Source: Elusimicrobiota bacterium
GTDB lineage: Bacteria > Elusimicrobiota > Elusimicrobia > F11
Assembly: GCA_044221725.1 (NCBI GenBank)
Contig: JBGAON010000003.1
Location: forward strand, 416,001-480,000
Direction: 5' to 3'
DNA: 64,000 bases
The notes below the pieces were generated by a model. That model was not told the DNA's origin. It worked only from the letters and a program-made list of their open reading frames with translations, and made no database searches. The position numbers were made by a program, and so were the translations under genes. Shown here in pieces: positions 1 through 9,959 of this stretch. How positions within the stretch are numbered: the first letter of the stretch is position 1; each line of letters starts with the position of its first letter.

Positions 1-186
1 GCCGAAGCATCGCATGTTCTTTTGGCGATGGGCCTGCCGCAACAAAAGGCGCACGCATCGCTGCGATTTTCTCTGGGACACTCGACCACCGAACCGGAGA
101 TTCGTTCGGCCGCAAAGATCATCGCTGAGACGGCGGCGCGAATCCGCGAAAAGAATCCGCTTTGGCAAGAGATAGGAAGAAAATAA
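1..186 (+). CDS. iscS: Cysteine desulfurase IscS/NifS, C-terminal fragment (runs off window)
   Basis: Frame 1 reads AEASHVLLAMGLPQQKAHASLRFSLGHSTTEPEI...NPLWQ, matching the SHVLxAMG..RFSLG C-terminus of IscS; directly upstream of iscU. Confidence 0.9.
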   Translation, partial: AEASHVLLAMGLPQQKAHASLRFSLGHSTTEPEIRSAAKIIAETAARIREKNPLWQEIGRK

Positions 187-188
187 GC

Positions 189-554
189 ATGTACAACCCG
201 GTTGTTCTCGATCACTTCCAGAATCCACGAAATTTGCATGAACTCAAAAGTCCGTCCGCGACCGGAATGGGAGCCAACCCCGTTTGTGGCGACGTAATGA
301 CCTTGTATTTGGAAACCAAAGACAAAAAGATTTCGGCGGCCACCTACAAAACAATGGGATGCGGTGCGGCGATTGCTTCGGGTTCGATTCTTACCGAAAT
401 GCTGAAAGGAAAAAATTTTGACGAAGCCAAGGCGATTACTCCGCAAATCTTGCTCGAGAAAATGGGCGGTCTGCCGAACATTAAGTTGCACTGTCCCGAG
501 CTTGCGATCGAAGCGTTGAAGTCGGCATTGAAAGATTGGGAACGCAAGCAATGA
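189..554 (+). CDS. iscU: Fe-S cluster scaffold IscU/NifU-N
   Basis: MYNPVVLDHFQNPRN, NPVCGDVM, GCGAAIAS, KLHC motifs; ATG at 189. Confidence 0.95.
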   Translation: MYNPVVLDHFQNPRNLHELKSPSATGMGANPVCGDVMTLYLETKDKKISAATYKTMGCGAAIASGSILTEMLKGKNFDEAKAITPQILLEKMGGLPNIKLHCPELAIEALKSALKDWERKQ

Positions 555-1666
555 CCGAAAAGAAAAAGATTATCGTCGCGATGTCGGGCGGCGTTGATTC
601 CTCCGTTGCCGCCGCTTTGCTCGCAAGAGAAGGTCACGAGGTCATTGGCGTTACGCTGCGTCTTTTGCCGAACGGCGGTGAAGGATTTGGCTGCTGCGGC
701 GCTCCGGACGATCTGTTGATCGCGAAGCGCAGTGCCGAGAAAGCCGGAATTCCACATTATATTCTCGACTATTCCCCCGAATTTCAGGAAAAGGTGGTCG
801 ATTATTTTGTGAATTCTTATGTGATCGGTGAAACGCCCAACCCATGCCTCGCGTGCAACCGCTACATCAAGTTCGATAAGTTGAAAAAGTTCGCCGATTC
901 GCTCGGCGCAAGTTTTCTCGCTACCGGTCATTATGCGCGCATTACGAAGGACGACGCTGGTTACCATTTGTTCGAATCCATGGATCCCAACAAAGATCAA
1001 TCGTACGTGCTTTACAATTTTAATCAGGCGGGCTTGGCGCAAACGCTTTTCCCGGTTGGCGAAAAACCCAAGCCCGAAATTCGCGCGATCGCGCGCGAGA
1101 TCGGTTTGCCAAACGCCGATAAAGAAGACAGCCAAGAAATTTGTTTTGTGCCGCGGAAAGACTATCGTGCGTTTATCGACAGCAAGTTTAAAAAAACACC
1201 GGAGCGAATTCCGATAACGCTTCAGCCGGGTCCCATTAGGAATCAACAGGGTGAGGTGGTTGGCGAACACAAGGGTGTTGCCTATTACACCGTTGGTCAA
1301 AAGAGCGGTCTTAACCTCAAAACAATTGATCGGACCTACGTTACGAATTTGAACGCAAGCACGAACACTGTTGTCGTCGGCAGCGACCGACAAAGTTTGT
1401 CGTCGGGTCTGTTGGCCAACGATATGAGTTGGATCCACGGCGCCACTCCGTCATCGCCATTCGACGCGCTGGTCAAGATTCGTTACAAGCACGAACCAGC
1501 GGCCGCTACCGTGTTCGTTGAAAATGGCGGCATCCGCGTTCGGTTCAATGAGCCGCAACGCGCCGTAAGTCCGGGCCAAGCCGCGGTCGTTTACCGCTGG
1601 GACCCTCGTCTCCATGCGCGCGAAGTATTGGGCGGCGGCAAAATCATCTCTGCGCTAACCGAATAA
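551..1666 (+). CDS. mnmA: tRNA 2-thiouridylase MnmA
   Basis: AMSGGVDSS, TPNPCLACNRYIKF, ATGHYA, KDQSY, DSQEICF, PGQAAV motifs. Confidence 0.97.
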   Translation: MTEKKKIIVAMSGGVDSSVAAALLAREGHEVIGVTLRLLPNGGEGFGCCGAPDDLLIAKRSAEKAGIPHYILDYSPEFQEKVVDYFVNSYVIGETPNPCLACNRYIKFDKLKKFADSLGASFLATGHYARITKDDAGYHLFESMDPNKDQSYVLYNFNQAGLAQTLFPVGEKPKPEIRAIAREIGLPNADKEDSQEICFVPRKDYRAFIDSKFKKTPERIPITLQPGPIRNQQGEVVGEHKGVAYYTVGQKSGLNLKTIDRTYVTNLNASTNTVVVGSDRQSLSSGLLANDMSWIHGATPSSPFDALVKIRYKHEPAAATVFVENGGIRVRFNEPQRAVSPGQAAVVYRWDPRLHAREVLGGGKIISALTE

Positions 1667-2754
1667 TGGTAAAGACACCCGACGTCGTCGTTCTGGGTGG
1701 TGGAATAATCGGTGCGCTTTCGGCCTACGAGCTCGCAAAAAGCGGCGCGCACGTGCTGTTGCACGAGAAATACAAATTCGGCGTCGGTGCCTCCGGCAAT
1801 TCGGCCGCCATGCTCGAGCTCCAGTTGGACGCGTACCGCGGTGCTCCGTTTGTTCCGCTGGCCCGCCGAAGTCATGAGCTGTTCCCCGACACCAGCAGCG
1901 AACTTCGCCGCCAGACCGGAATCGATATCCAGTTTCGCCGCTGTTCCATTTTGCAGTTGGCGTTGAATCAAGCCGAACAAGAATCGCTCACACGCGAATG
2001 CGAGCGGCAGCAAAGAGACGATTTAAATGCAAAGTGGCTTTCCTCCGCTGAAATAAAAAAACAGTTTCCTTCTCTGACCGAGCAGCAGTGCGGCGGCGCT
2101 CTTTACGTTGACGATGGAATGGTGAATGGCGGTCGATTCCTCGAAGCGGCAATCGCCGCTGCGAAAGGAGCGGGCGCGATTGTTAAGGAACAAGCCGGTG
2201 GTTTTTCGCTTCGTTCCGCGCTCGCTAAAGGAATTAAAGTGGTGGTGGCAGCCGGTGCATGGACCGATGACGTTCTTTCAGAAATCGATGTGAAACTCGG
2301 TGTTTCGCCGGTGCGCGGTCAACTCATTGTGTACGAGACCCCGCAACCCGTGCTCCCGTTTCCGGTGTACACAAAGACCGGCGGGTACATCACACCACGC
2401 GAAGATGGAACAACGCTTGCTGGTACAACGATTGAAAATGTCGGATTCGATTTGAACACAACGACCGCTGGTCGTACACATATTCAGGCGCTGATCAAAA
2501 CGTTGATGCCGTCTCTGCTCGAGAAACGAGAATTAAAAATGACGTCCGGATTGCGCCCGAAATCGCCGGATGATTTGCCTCTGATTGGTCCACTGCCGCA
2601 ACATCCCAACGTAATTGTGGCAACCGGACACTACCGAAATGGAATATTATTGGCTCCGATAACGTCAAAAATTGTTTCGGCCATGATTCAAAATAAACCC
2701 CTAACCATATCGGTGGATTCTTTTCTACCGACGCGTCTGTTGTCCCAGAGATGA
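1666..2754 (+). CDS. FAD-dependent oxidoreductase, glycine oxidase ThiO/DAO family
   Basis: GGGIIG Rossmann motif, ASGNSAAML, PVRGQ, GLRP, ATGHYRNGILLAP. Confidence 0.85.
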   Translation: MVKTPDVVVLGGGIIGALSAYELAKSGAHVLLHEKYKFGVGASGNSAAMLELQLDAYRGAPFVPLARRSHELFPDTSSELRRQTGIDIQFRRCSILQLALNQAEQESLTRECERQQRDDLNAKWLSSAEIKKQFPSLTEQQCGGALYVDDGMVNGGRFLEAAIAAAKGAGAIVKEQAGGFSLRSALAKGIKVVVAAGAWTDDVLSEIDVKLGVSPVRGQLIVYETPQPVLPFPVYTKTGGYITPREDGTTLAGTTIENVGFDLNTTTAGRTHIQALIKTLMPSLLEKRELKMTSGLRPKSPDDLPLIGPLPQHPNVIVATGHYRNGILLAPITSKIVSAMIQNKPLTISVDSFLPTRLLSQR

Positions 2755-3725
2755 ACTCTCCGTTTGGGTTGCTGGCGTTTTTGCATTGGAACCACGACTG
2801 GAATAACGCCCATTTCCCCGAGCCACTCGTTAAACAAGCCGCGAAACAGATAAAAGATCTTGGCGTCGACATGGTTCGTCTCGATGTCGTTTGGTCGGAC
2901 GTTCACACCGGTTTTCACAAATACGATTTTTCTCGATACGACCGCCTGATGAATTTGTTGGCGGAGCATGAGGTAAAGCCGCTCGTTCTGTTGCATTACA
3001 ACAAAGAACGGCTTGATGCGTCGGGCAAAGAAGTGTGGAGCGATCCGCCAGAATCATTCGATGAATACGCCGATTACGTGCATGCTACGGTGTCGCGTTA
3101 CAAAACCACGGTTCATCATTGGGAAATTTGGAACGAGCCCAATCATCCGGTTTATTGGTCAAAGCCAAAAGATCAACTAAAAACCTACGTCAACCTTTTG
3201 CGCAAAGCCTACAGGGCGGCAAAAAGCGCCGACCCGTCTTGCCTTGTGTTGAACGGTGGTATCACGGAGCCGGTTGTCGAAGATGTTGAAAATCTTTACA
3301 CGTCGGGCGGTGGTTTGTTCTTCGATATTCTTGCGATTCACACGTTCTTAAATCCCTGGGAAAATGATCATCAACAAAAATTTGAAGCGATCGTCGAAGG
3401 CGTGCGAAACGTGATGCTAAAACACGGCGATGAGCAAAAAAGAATTTGGATTACCGAGATGGGGTGCCCCGGTGTTCCGCAGCCAAAGCAAGTGAAAAAC
3501 TGGTGGGCGGGCGACAATCTTTCCGAGCAACAGCAGGCCGATTGGCTTGAAAAGCAATTTGAGATGATTAAAAAATATCCGTACGTGGAGAAATTGTTCT
3601 GGGCTTTTTACCGCGACACGAACGGATTTTTCAACGACGGTACCGACTACTTTGGCCTTGTTCGCTTCGATTTGTCTCCGAAACCGGCGTTTGAGCGGTA
3701 TCAAAAATTGATTCGCGCCCGATGA
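2751..3725 (+). CDS. Clan GH-A glycoside hydrolase (GH39/GH5-like), no signal peptide
   Basis: WEIWNEPN acid/base motif and IWITEMG nucleophile motif. Confidence 0.8.
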   Translation: MNSPFGLLAFLHWNHDWNNAHFPEPLVKQAAKQIKDLGVDMVRLDVVWSDVHTGFHKYDFSRYDRLMNLLAEHEVKPLVLLHYNKERLDASGKEVWSDPPESFDEYADYVHATVSRYKTTVHHWEIWNEPNHPVYWSKPKDQLKTYVNLLRKAYRAAKSADPSCLVLNGGITEPVVEDVENLYTSGGGLFFDILAIHTFLNPWENDHQQKFEAIVEGVRNVMLKHGDEQKRIWITEMGCPGVPQPKQVKNWWAGDNLSEQQQADWLEKQFEMIKKYPYVEKLFWAFYRDTNGFFNDGTDYFGLVRFDLSPKPAFERYQKLIRAR

Positions 3726-5770
3726 CCCGGAATCGGTGGATTCCGATTTATCTTGTGGTATTTGGCCTCTTGGCCGCGTCGCGATTTGTTTCGCTTTCCG
3801 AGCGGCCGCTGCACAACGATGAAGGCGTGAACGGGTTCTTCACATTAAATCTCGTTCGATCGAACACCTACCGCTACGATCCCACCAATTACCATGGTCC
3901 TTCGCTCTATTACGCGCAGCTCGTGACGTCGCGAATTTTTCAATTCATTGAAGATCCCCTCCATTTTCGGTGGAGCGATACGCGCGGCGTCACGGTTTTT
4001 TCGATGCGCTTCACAATCGCGGCGGTCAGTCTTCTTTTGTTTGTTGTCTTTCTTCTGAATCGCAATTTTCTGGGAGCCTGGGGCACGTTCGTCGCGGTGT
4101 TATTCCTCGGTGTCTCCCCCAACATCCTTTATTACTCGCGCTACTTTATTCACGAAATATTCGTTGTGTTGTTTTCGCTGGGTGTCGTGTTGTGGGGATG
4201 GCGTTTTGGGCTGGAGCGCCGCGCAAAAGATTTTTTTGTGTGCGGGCTTTGCGCGGTACTGCTTCTTTGCACAAAAGAGACCGGCGTCTTGCATTTGGTG
4301 GTCACGAGCGCCGCCTACGTGGGAGCGATCGCAATTTCCAATCGCCTGTCGGGTCGATCCCTCGCTGAAACGGGCCGCGCTCTTCGGGACGATGGCGCTA
4401 CGTATGTTGATTCTGTTCCCAAAGCTCTGCCGCTCATCGTTGTGGCGCTGGTCGCCGTGTGGTTTTTGCTTTTTTCCTCGTTTTTCACAAACTTCGCTGG
4501 CCTTAAAGATTTCTTTTTGGCGTACGCACCGTGGTTAAAACAGGGTCTCAAATCCGGTCATGAAAAGGTGTGGCATTACTTTTTCACAAAAATTCTCGGC
4601 CCGTACGAATATGGATTGCTGTTCGCCGCGCTCCTCAGCATCGTGCCGGTCATCGGTGAGAACAGCCCGAAAGGATGGTTTTTGTTGCTCTGGTCCTTCG
4701 GCACCTTCGCTCTTTATTCGGCTATTCCGTATAAAACACCCTGGTGTGTGGTGAATATTGTGATGCCGCTTGCGGTTTTTTCCGGCTACGGATTTCAGCA
4801 ATGGCTCGAATGGATGCATTCGCAACAACGCTACTCGGTTCGCAAGCGGTTTGGCGGAGCGGCACTGGCCGCTATGATGGTCGCGGTATTTTCTCAAGTC
4901 CCGCGCGCTTGGACACTCAATTTCATTGAGCCCGCAAACGCGCGGCATCCTCAAGTCTACGTTCACACGTCCCCGGACATTTTTAATCTCATCCGTCGAA
5001 TTGGAGTCATTGCCAACACCGCGAACGAGCCGAAAAAAATTCTTGTGAATGTGTTTGCCAAGGAATATTGGCCAATTCCGTTCTATCTCAAAGATTATTC
5101 GGAAGTAAAATTTTGGGGCCAACTCGCAAAAGTTTCGCCGATGGATGCACCACTGATCATCGCGAATCAGGATCAACATTCGCAGTTGCGCGCGCTGCTT
5201 CAGCAGACGTACACGATTGAAACCTACCGGCTGCGCGATGGTTATTCGTTGGATTTGTGGATAAACAACAAAAATCTCGAGCAACTTGATCCGGCGCAAG
5301 CGGTGCCGGATTTGTTGCGATCGTCTTTGAAAACAGCGCTCAAGCCGGGCGTAATTGAAACCGTATTTCCCCGTGCTTCGTGCAATGGTGGGCCGCTTTC
5401 ATCAAAGTCCGTAAGGCCCCAGTTCTCGTTTTTTTATAACGACAATTTGCGCAAGCCGTTTCCGTCGCCCGGTTGCGTGCAGTGGGACGGGTACGTGAAA
5501 ATACCGGAAACCGGGGTCACTCGGTTTATTTTGGAGTCGGATGACGGATCCAAATTATCAATTGACGGCGTGCTCGTCGTTGACAATTGGGGAAGCCATT
5601 CCAATCGTCGCGCTTCGCGCAACGTGAATATTTCGGCTGGCTACCACAAATTCGAGTTGCAGTACAATGATGTCGGCGGATTTGCCGAATTAAATTTGTT
5701 GTGGAGAGAACCGTCGGCTGCGGGGCTGAAACAAGAGCGGCCGATCCCCGAAACACTTTTTTCCCATTAG
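3722..5770 (+). CDS. GT-C fold membrane glycosyltransferase (TIGR03663/Agl23-like) fused to a C-terminal PA14 domain
   Basis: RPLHNDEGVN, YDPTNYHGP, YYSRYFIHE, YKTPW motifs; many TM helices; C-terminal WDGYVKIP..SDDGSKLSIDG PA14 signature. Confidence 0.8.
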   Translation: MTRNRWIPIYLVVFGLLAASRFVSLSERPLHNDEGVNGFFTLNLVRSNTYRYDPTNYHGPSLYYAQLVTSRIFQFIEDPLHFRWSDTRGVTVFSMRFTIAAVSLLLFVVFLLNRNFLGAWGTFVAVLFLGVSPNILYYSRYFIHEIFVVLFSLGVVLWGWRFGLERRAKDFFVCGLCAVLLLCTKETGVLHLVVTSAAYVGAIAISNRLSGRSLAETGRALRDDGATYVDSVPKALPLIVVALVAVWFLLFSSFFTNFAGLKDFFLAYAPWLKQGLKSGHEKVWHYFFTKILGPYEYGLLFAALLSIVPVIGENSPKGWFLLLWSFGTFALYSAIPYKTPWCVVNIVMPLAVFSGYGFQQWLEWMHSQQRYSVRKRFGGAALAAMMVAVFSQVPRAWTLNFIEPANARHPQVYVHTSPDIFNLIRRIGVIANTANEPKKILVNVFAKEYWPIPFYLKDYSEVKFWGQLAKVSPMDAPLIIANQDQHSQLRALLQQTYTIETYRLRDGYSLDLWINNKNLEQLDPAQAVPDLLRSSLKTALKPGVIETVFPRASCNGGPLSSKSVRPQFSFFYNDNLRKPFPSPGCVQWDGYVKIPETGVTRFILESDDGSKLSIDGVLVVDNWGSHSNRRASRNVNISAGYHKFELQYNDVGGFAELNLLWREPSAAGLKQERPIPETLFSH

Positions 5771-5839
5771 CGAAATCCTTCCTAACAATTTCCATCCGCT
5801 TTAAATAAAATTATTTAAATTTCCTTTTGGAGAGCACAT

Positions 5840-7849
5840 ATGCTGAAGCAAAGTTCGCCGATGTTGCGCTGGGCCATGGTATTTTCGTCCTGCCTGAACG
5901 TCGTTACATTAAAAGCCGCCGTATCATTATCTTCCAGTCCTGCGACCACATCGATCATTGGAATGGATTTCACGGACCTCGCGAAAATTCAAATTACATC
6001 GGTCGCTAAAAAAGAACAAGCTCTTATGCAGACCGCTGCGGACATTACGGTCTTAACCGGCGAAGAAATTCGGCGGTCCGGCGTGCGAAGTGTGCCGGAA
6101 GCGCTTCGCCTCGTTCCCGGACTTGAAGTAGCACGCACGGGCTCGGCCTCTTGGGCGATTTCCGCGCGCGGTTTCAATGGCGCGCTCGCGAACAAGTTGC
6201 TGGTGCTCATCGATGGGCGCTCTGTGTATACGCCGCTTTACGGCGGCGTTTTCTGGGACGTTCAAAATGTCCAGCTCGACAACATTGATCGCATCGAAGT
6301 GATTCGAGGGCCGGGCGCCGCCGTGTGGGGCGCAAACGCCGTGAATGGCGTGATCAACATTATTACCAAACACACGGCCGAGACGCAGGGTGGGCGCGTG
6401 AGCGGGGGCGGTGGCACCGAAGAGCGCGGTTTCGTGGACACCCGTTACGGCGGACATCTCGGCGAGACGGGGCAATACCGTGTGTACGGAAGTTACTTTG
6501 AACGCGATGGCATGAAGAGAGTGGGTGCTGGGGATGCGGGCGACGGTTCAAAAATGGGCTACGGCGGTTTTCGCGGTGATTGGTGTTATTCCGATCGTGA
6601 CTTGTTCACTCTTTCCACGGATATTTATTCGGGAACGGATACCTCGGACGAACCTTTCAACACGTTAACACCCCCATTTTCCACGGTGAAACCGACGGAC
6701 ACCGACTTGAACGGCGGAAACGTCAAAATGAATTGGGAGCGTAAGTTCTCCCCCCGATCGGGCCTCGAAATGCAAATGTATTACGACCGCACGCAACGAA
6801 AAATTCCGCTGCTTTTTTCCGAGCAAAGAAACACGTACGACATTGATGTTCGTCACCATTTTTCATTCCTGCAGCGGCAAAACATAATTTGGGGATTTGG
6901 GTATCGTGCGTCCCAAGATTCCGTTAGCAACGATACGTTTGGCCTCGACTTTCTCCCCGATGCGCACACGATGCAAAACGCGAATATTTTTTTCCAAGAC
7001 GAATTCCGGCCGTGGCGGCCACTGATTTTTACGATCGGATCGAAATTCGAATACAACGATTACTCCGGATTTGAATTTGAACCGAACGGTCGGGTTTCCT
7101 GGTTGATCAACAAACGCAACACGCTTTGGGGCTCTGTCTCTCGAGCCGTTCGAACGCCAACCCGATTTGATCGCGACGTTCGCGTATCGGCCGTTGTGAA
7201 TCCGACGCCGCTCACGGCGATTTCGTACCGCGGTGATCCATCGTTCGATTCCGAGGACTTGGTGGCCTACGAGATGGGATACCGCACGCAGCCAACGCGC
7301 CGTTTTTATTTGACGACCGCCGGCTTTTACAACGTGTACAACAATTTACAGAGCATTGAACCCGGTCCGATTTTTGTCGAAACCGATCCGATGCCAGCGC
7401 ACACCGTGGTTCCCGCGTATCTTCAAAATAAGTTGAACGGAGAGACCTATGGTTTTCAAATAAGTCCGGAACTGCAAGTTACGGATTGGTGCAAATTTCA
7501 AGCGGGGTATTCGTATTTTCATATGAAGCTTCACTTGGATAACGATAGTTTGGACACCGTTTCAATTGCTTCCGAACGAAACAATCCATCGAATCAATTT
7601 ATTTTTCGAGGCTCGTTTAATTTGCCCTACAAGTTTGAGTTTGATGGCACCTTTCGCTACGTCGATAATTTGCCAAACCTGGACATAGCGAGTTACGCCG
7701 TCGCCGACGCGCGGGTCGGTTGGCGTGGAATCCGTCACGTGAATCTTGAATTGATTGGGCAGAATCTATTTGAAACGCATCACGCGGAATTTCGCCCCGG
7801 AAACGAAGTCGAGCGCGGCGTGTATGGGCGGGCGACATGGGACTTTTAG
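5840..7849 (+). CDS. TonB-dependent receptor
   Basis: Plug motifs ALRLVPGL, ISARGF, LVLIDGR, IDRIEVIRGPGAAVWGANAVNGVINIITK; terminal WDF. Confidence 0.93.
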   Translation: MLKQSSPMLRWAMVFSSCLNVVTLKAAVSLSSSPATTSIIGMDFTDLAKIQITSVAKKEQALMQTAADITVLTGEEIRRSGVRSVPEALRLVPGLEVARTGSASWAISARGFNGALANKLLVLIDGRSVYTPLYGGVFWDVQNVQLDNIDRIEVIRGPGAAVWGANAVNGVINIITKHTAETQGGRVSGGGGTEERGFVDTRYGGHLGETGQYRVYGSYFERDGMKRVGAGDAGDGSKMGYGGFRGDWCYSDRDLFTLSTDIYSGTDTSDEPFNTLTPPFSTVKPTDTDLNGGNVKMNWERKFSPRSGLEMQMYYDRTQRKIPLLFSEQRNTYDIDVRHHFSFLQRQNIIWGFGYRASQDSVSNDTFGLDFLPDAHTMQNANIFFQDEFRPWRPLIFTIGSKFEYNDYSGFEFEPNGRVSWLINKRNTLWGSVSRAVRTPTRFDRDVRVSAVVNPTPLTAISYRGDPSFDSEDLVAYEMGYRTQPTRRFYLTTAGFYNVYNNLQSIEPGPIFVETDPMPAHTVVPAYLQNKLNGETYGFQISPELQVTDWCKFQAGYSYFHMKLHLDNDSLDTVSIASERNNPSNQFIFRGSFNLPYKFEFDGTFRYVDNLPNLDIASYAVADARVGWRGIRHVNLELIGQNLFETHHAEFRPGNEVERGVYGRATWDF

Positions 7850-7857
7850 GCTGACGC

Positions 7858-8457
7858 GTGAGATACCCTAACCAAAAAAAATATAGAGCTGTGGGTTTGG
7901 CTGTATTAACGCAGGTCCTGCTCGGGCCGGGCGCGCTTCGGATATTGAAAGCGGAGCCCTCGACCATGAACAGCGACCAGATTTTGCCGATGGAATTCCG
8001 CGTAAAAGCGGCTTACCTTTTTAACTTTGCGCGTTTCGTCGAATGGCCGTCCGCGGACATGGCGCCGGTGGCCACTGAGAACGTAAAGCCGCTTTTGATT
8101 GGGATTGTTGGGACGGATTTGTTTTCGTCGGTTCTCGGAAGCCTATTGGACGGCAAGGTCGTGTCGGGACGGACGATACAGGTTGTGTCGGTACGATCTC
8201 CGTCGCAGATTCATGCGCTCGATATCCTTTACTTCGCGCGGTCCGCAGAAGATGAGATGGCGGCGATTTTTGAAAATATTCGTGGGCGTCCCATATTGAC
8301 GGTCAGCGAAAATCGACGCTTCCTCGAAAAGGGAGGCATGGTAAAGCTCATTGTTGGCGACGATAATGTGCAGTTTGCGGTCAATCTCAAAACTGTTAAG
8401 GAAAGCAATTTGAAAATAAGCGCGCAGATGCTGCAATGCGCGAAGGAAATTGAATGA
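7858..8457 (+). CDS. YfiR/HmsC-family (DUF4154) periplasmic protein
   Basis: VKAAYLFNFARFVEWP and LKISAQML motifs. Confidence 0.88.
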   Translation: MRYPNQKKYRAVGLAVLTQVLLGPGALRILKAEPSTMNSDQILPMEFRVKAAYLFNFARFVEWPSADMAPVATENVKPLLIGIVGTDLFSSVLGSLLDGKVVSGRTIQVVSVRSPSQIHALDILYFARSAEDEMAAIFENIRGRPILTVSENRRFLEKGGMVKLIVGDDNVQFAVNLKTVKESNLKISAQMLQCAKEIE

Positions 8458-9959
8458 TTGGTCTTAAAAAATTTCGCGATTTAACGATTAATGAAAAAAT
8501 TGGTCGCGCTATTCTTTACACGAGTCTGTTGGCGCTGTTGATTTCATCGGGCAGTATCATTGTGTTTGAATATTTTGCGTTTCGTCGCGCGGCGCTCGAT
8601 AATCTTGTCTTCACCGGCGAAATCATTGGTAGCGGAATAACCGGGGCCGTTGCTTTTGGCGACGCCGCGGCGGCCGATCTCGTTCTTTCCCGCTTGAGCG
8701 ATCAACCATCGATCATCGCGGCGCAGGTGTACGACAATCAAGGCAAGCCGTTCGCGACGTACGTGCGATCGAACGACAATTTCGGTTTCCCCTCGGTTCC
8801 CTTTGGGGACAAAAAGTTCATCGCCGGCGGACATTTAAAATCGTTTCAGGGTATTTACTACCGAAAAGATCGGATTGGAACAATTTATTTGGAATCCGAT
8901 ATGCGGCGTGTTCACCGGCGGCTCACGCGCTACAGCGTGATTGTGTTAACCGTGCTTTTGCTTCTTTTGCCGTTCGTCTATCTTGTGTCGAAACTAATGG
9001 AGAAATTAATTTCCGATCCGTTGCGCGATTTGGCGGTCGTGGCCGAACAAATCGCAACGAAAAAGACGTACACGCTTCGGGCGACTTACAACGCGCGCGA
9101 TGACATTGGGCGATTGATCCAAGCATTTAATTACATGTTGGATTCCGTCGACACGCGCGACAAAAAACTTGTGCAACAAGCCGAGGAATTGTGGCGATCG
9201 AACAAGGAATTGGAGCAGTTCGCGTACATCAGTTCCCATGACTTGCAAGAACCTTTGCGAAAGATCACGACGTACTCCCAACTCTTGGAGATGGAATACA
9301 AAGACAAGATACAGGGTAACGGTCAGCGTTTCATTAACAATATTTGCACCTGTGTCGATCGCATGAGAAATCTTATCGATGATTTGTTGGCCTACTCGCG
9401 CGCAACCCGCGCGGAACAAAGAATTGAAAAGATTGATCTGCGCCAGGTTTTGGCCGAAATCATCAATGATTTGGAATTTTCAATTAAAGAAAACAACGCA
9501 CGCGTTGTTTTCGACACGTTGCCCATCGTTCAAGGCAATGTGTTTCAGATGAAGCAATTGTTTCAAAATCTCATTTCAAACGCGATTAAATTTCATGGCG
9601 CCGAACCACCGCTGGTTCGTGTGACAGGCCGGCAAGAAGACCACAAATGGGTGTTTGGCGTGCACGACAATGGGATCGGAATTGAGTCACGTTACTTCGA
9701 GCAGATTTTTAAAGTCTTCCAGCGGTTGCACCGACGCGAAATCTATCCGGGAACGGGCATCGGCCTCGCGATTTGCAAAAAAATCGTCGAGCAATACGGT
9801 GGAACGATTTGGATTGAATCAACCCCCGGAAAAGGGTCGACCTTTTACTTTACGTGGCCGCTCGAAGTGACTCCGTCTTTACTCGTTCCGAGCGCGACGG
9901 CACCAAAAGTGATCGATGGAAATGCATCCGGATCCGTGCACGATCAAGTACAAAAGTAG
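8454..9959 (+). CDS. Membrane sensor histidine kinase (periplasmic sensor, HAMP, HisKA, HATPase)
   Basis: Two TM segments, HAMP, FAYISSHDLQEPLR H-box, NLISNAIKF, DNGIG, GTGIGLAIC. Confidence 0.93.
   Translation: MIGLKKFRDLTINEKIGRAILYTSLLALLISSGSIIVFEYFAFRRAALDNLVFTGEIIGSGITGAVAFGDAAAADLVLSRLSDQPSIIAAQVYDNQGKPFATYVRSNDNFGFPSVPFGDKKFIAGGHLKSFQGIYYRKDRIGTIYLESDMRRVHRRLTRYSVIVLTVLLLLLPFVYLVSKLMEKLISDPLRDLAVVAEQIATKKTYTLRATYNARDDIGRLIQAFNYMLDSVDTRDKKLVQQAEELWRSNKELEQFAYISSHDLQEPLRKITTYSQLLEMEYKDKIQGNGQRFINNICTCVDRMRNLIDDLLAYSRATRAEQRIEKIDLRQVLAEIINDLEFSIKENNARVVFDTLPIVQGNVFQMKQLFQNLISNAIKFHGAEPPLVRVTGRQEDHKWVFGVHDNGIGIESRYFEQIFKVFQRLHRREIYPGTGIGLAICKKIVEQYGGTIWIESTPGKGSTFYFTWPLEVTPSLLVPSATAPKVIDGNASGSVHDQVQK

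Noticed and set aside
344..1438. Long antisense ORFs (also 4535-5299, 15709-16302, 27898-28530, 51187-51858)
   Set aside because: They shadow or overlap well-supported genes and show no recognisable motifs
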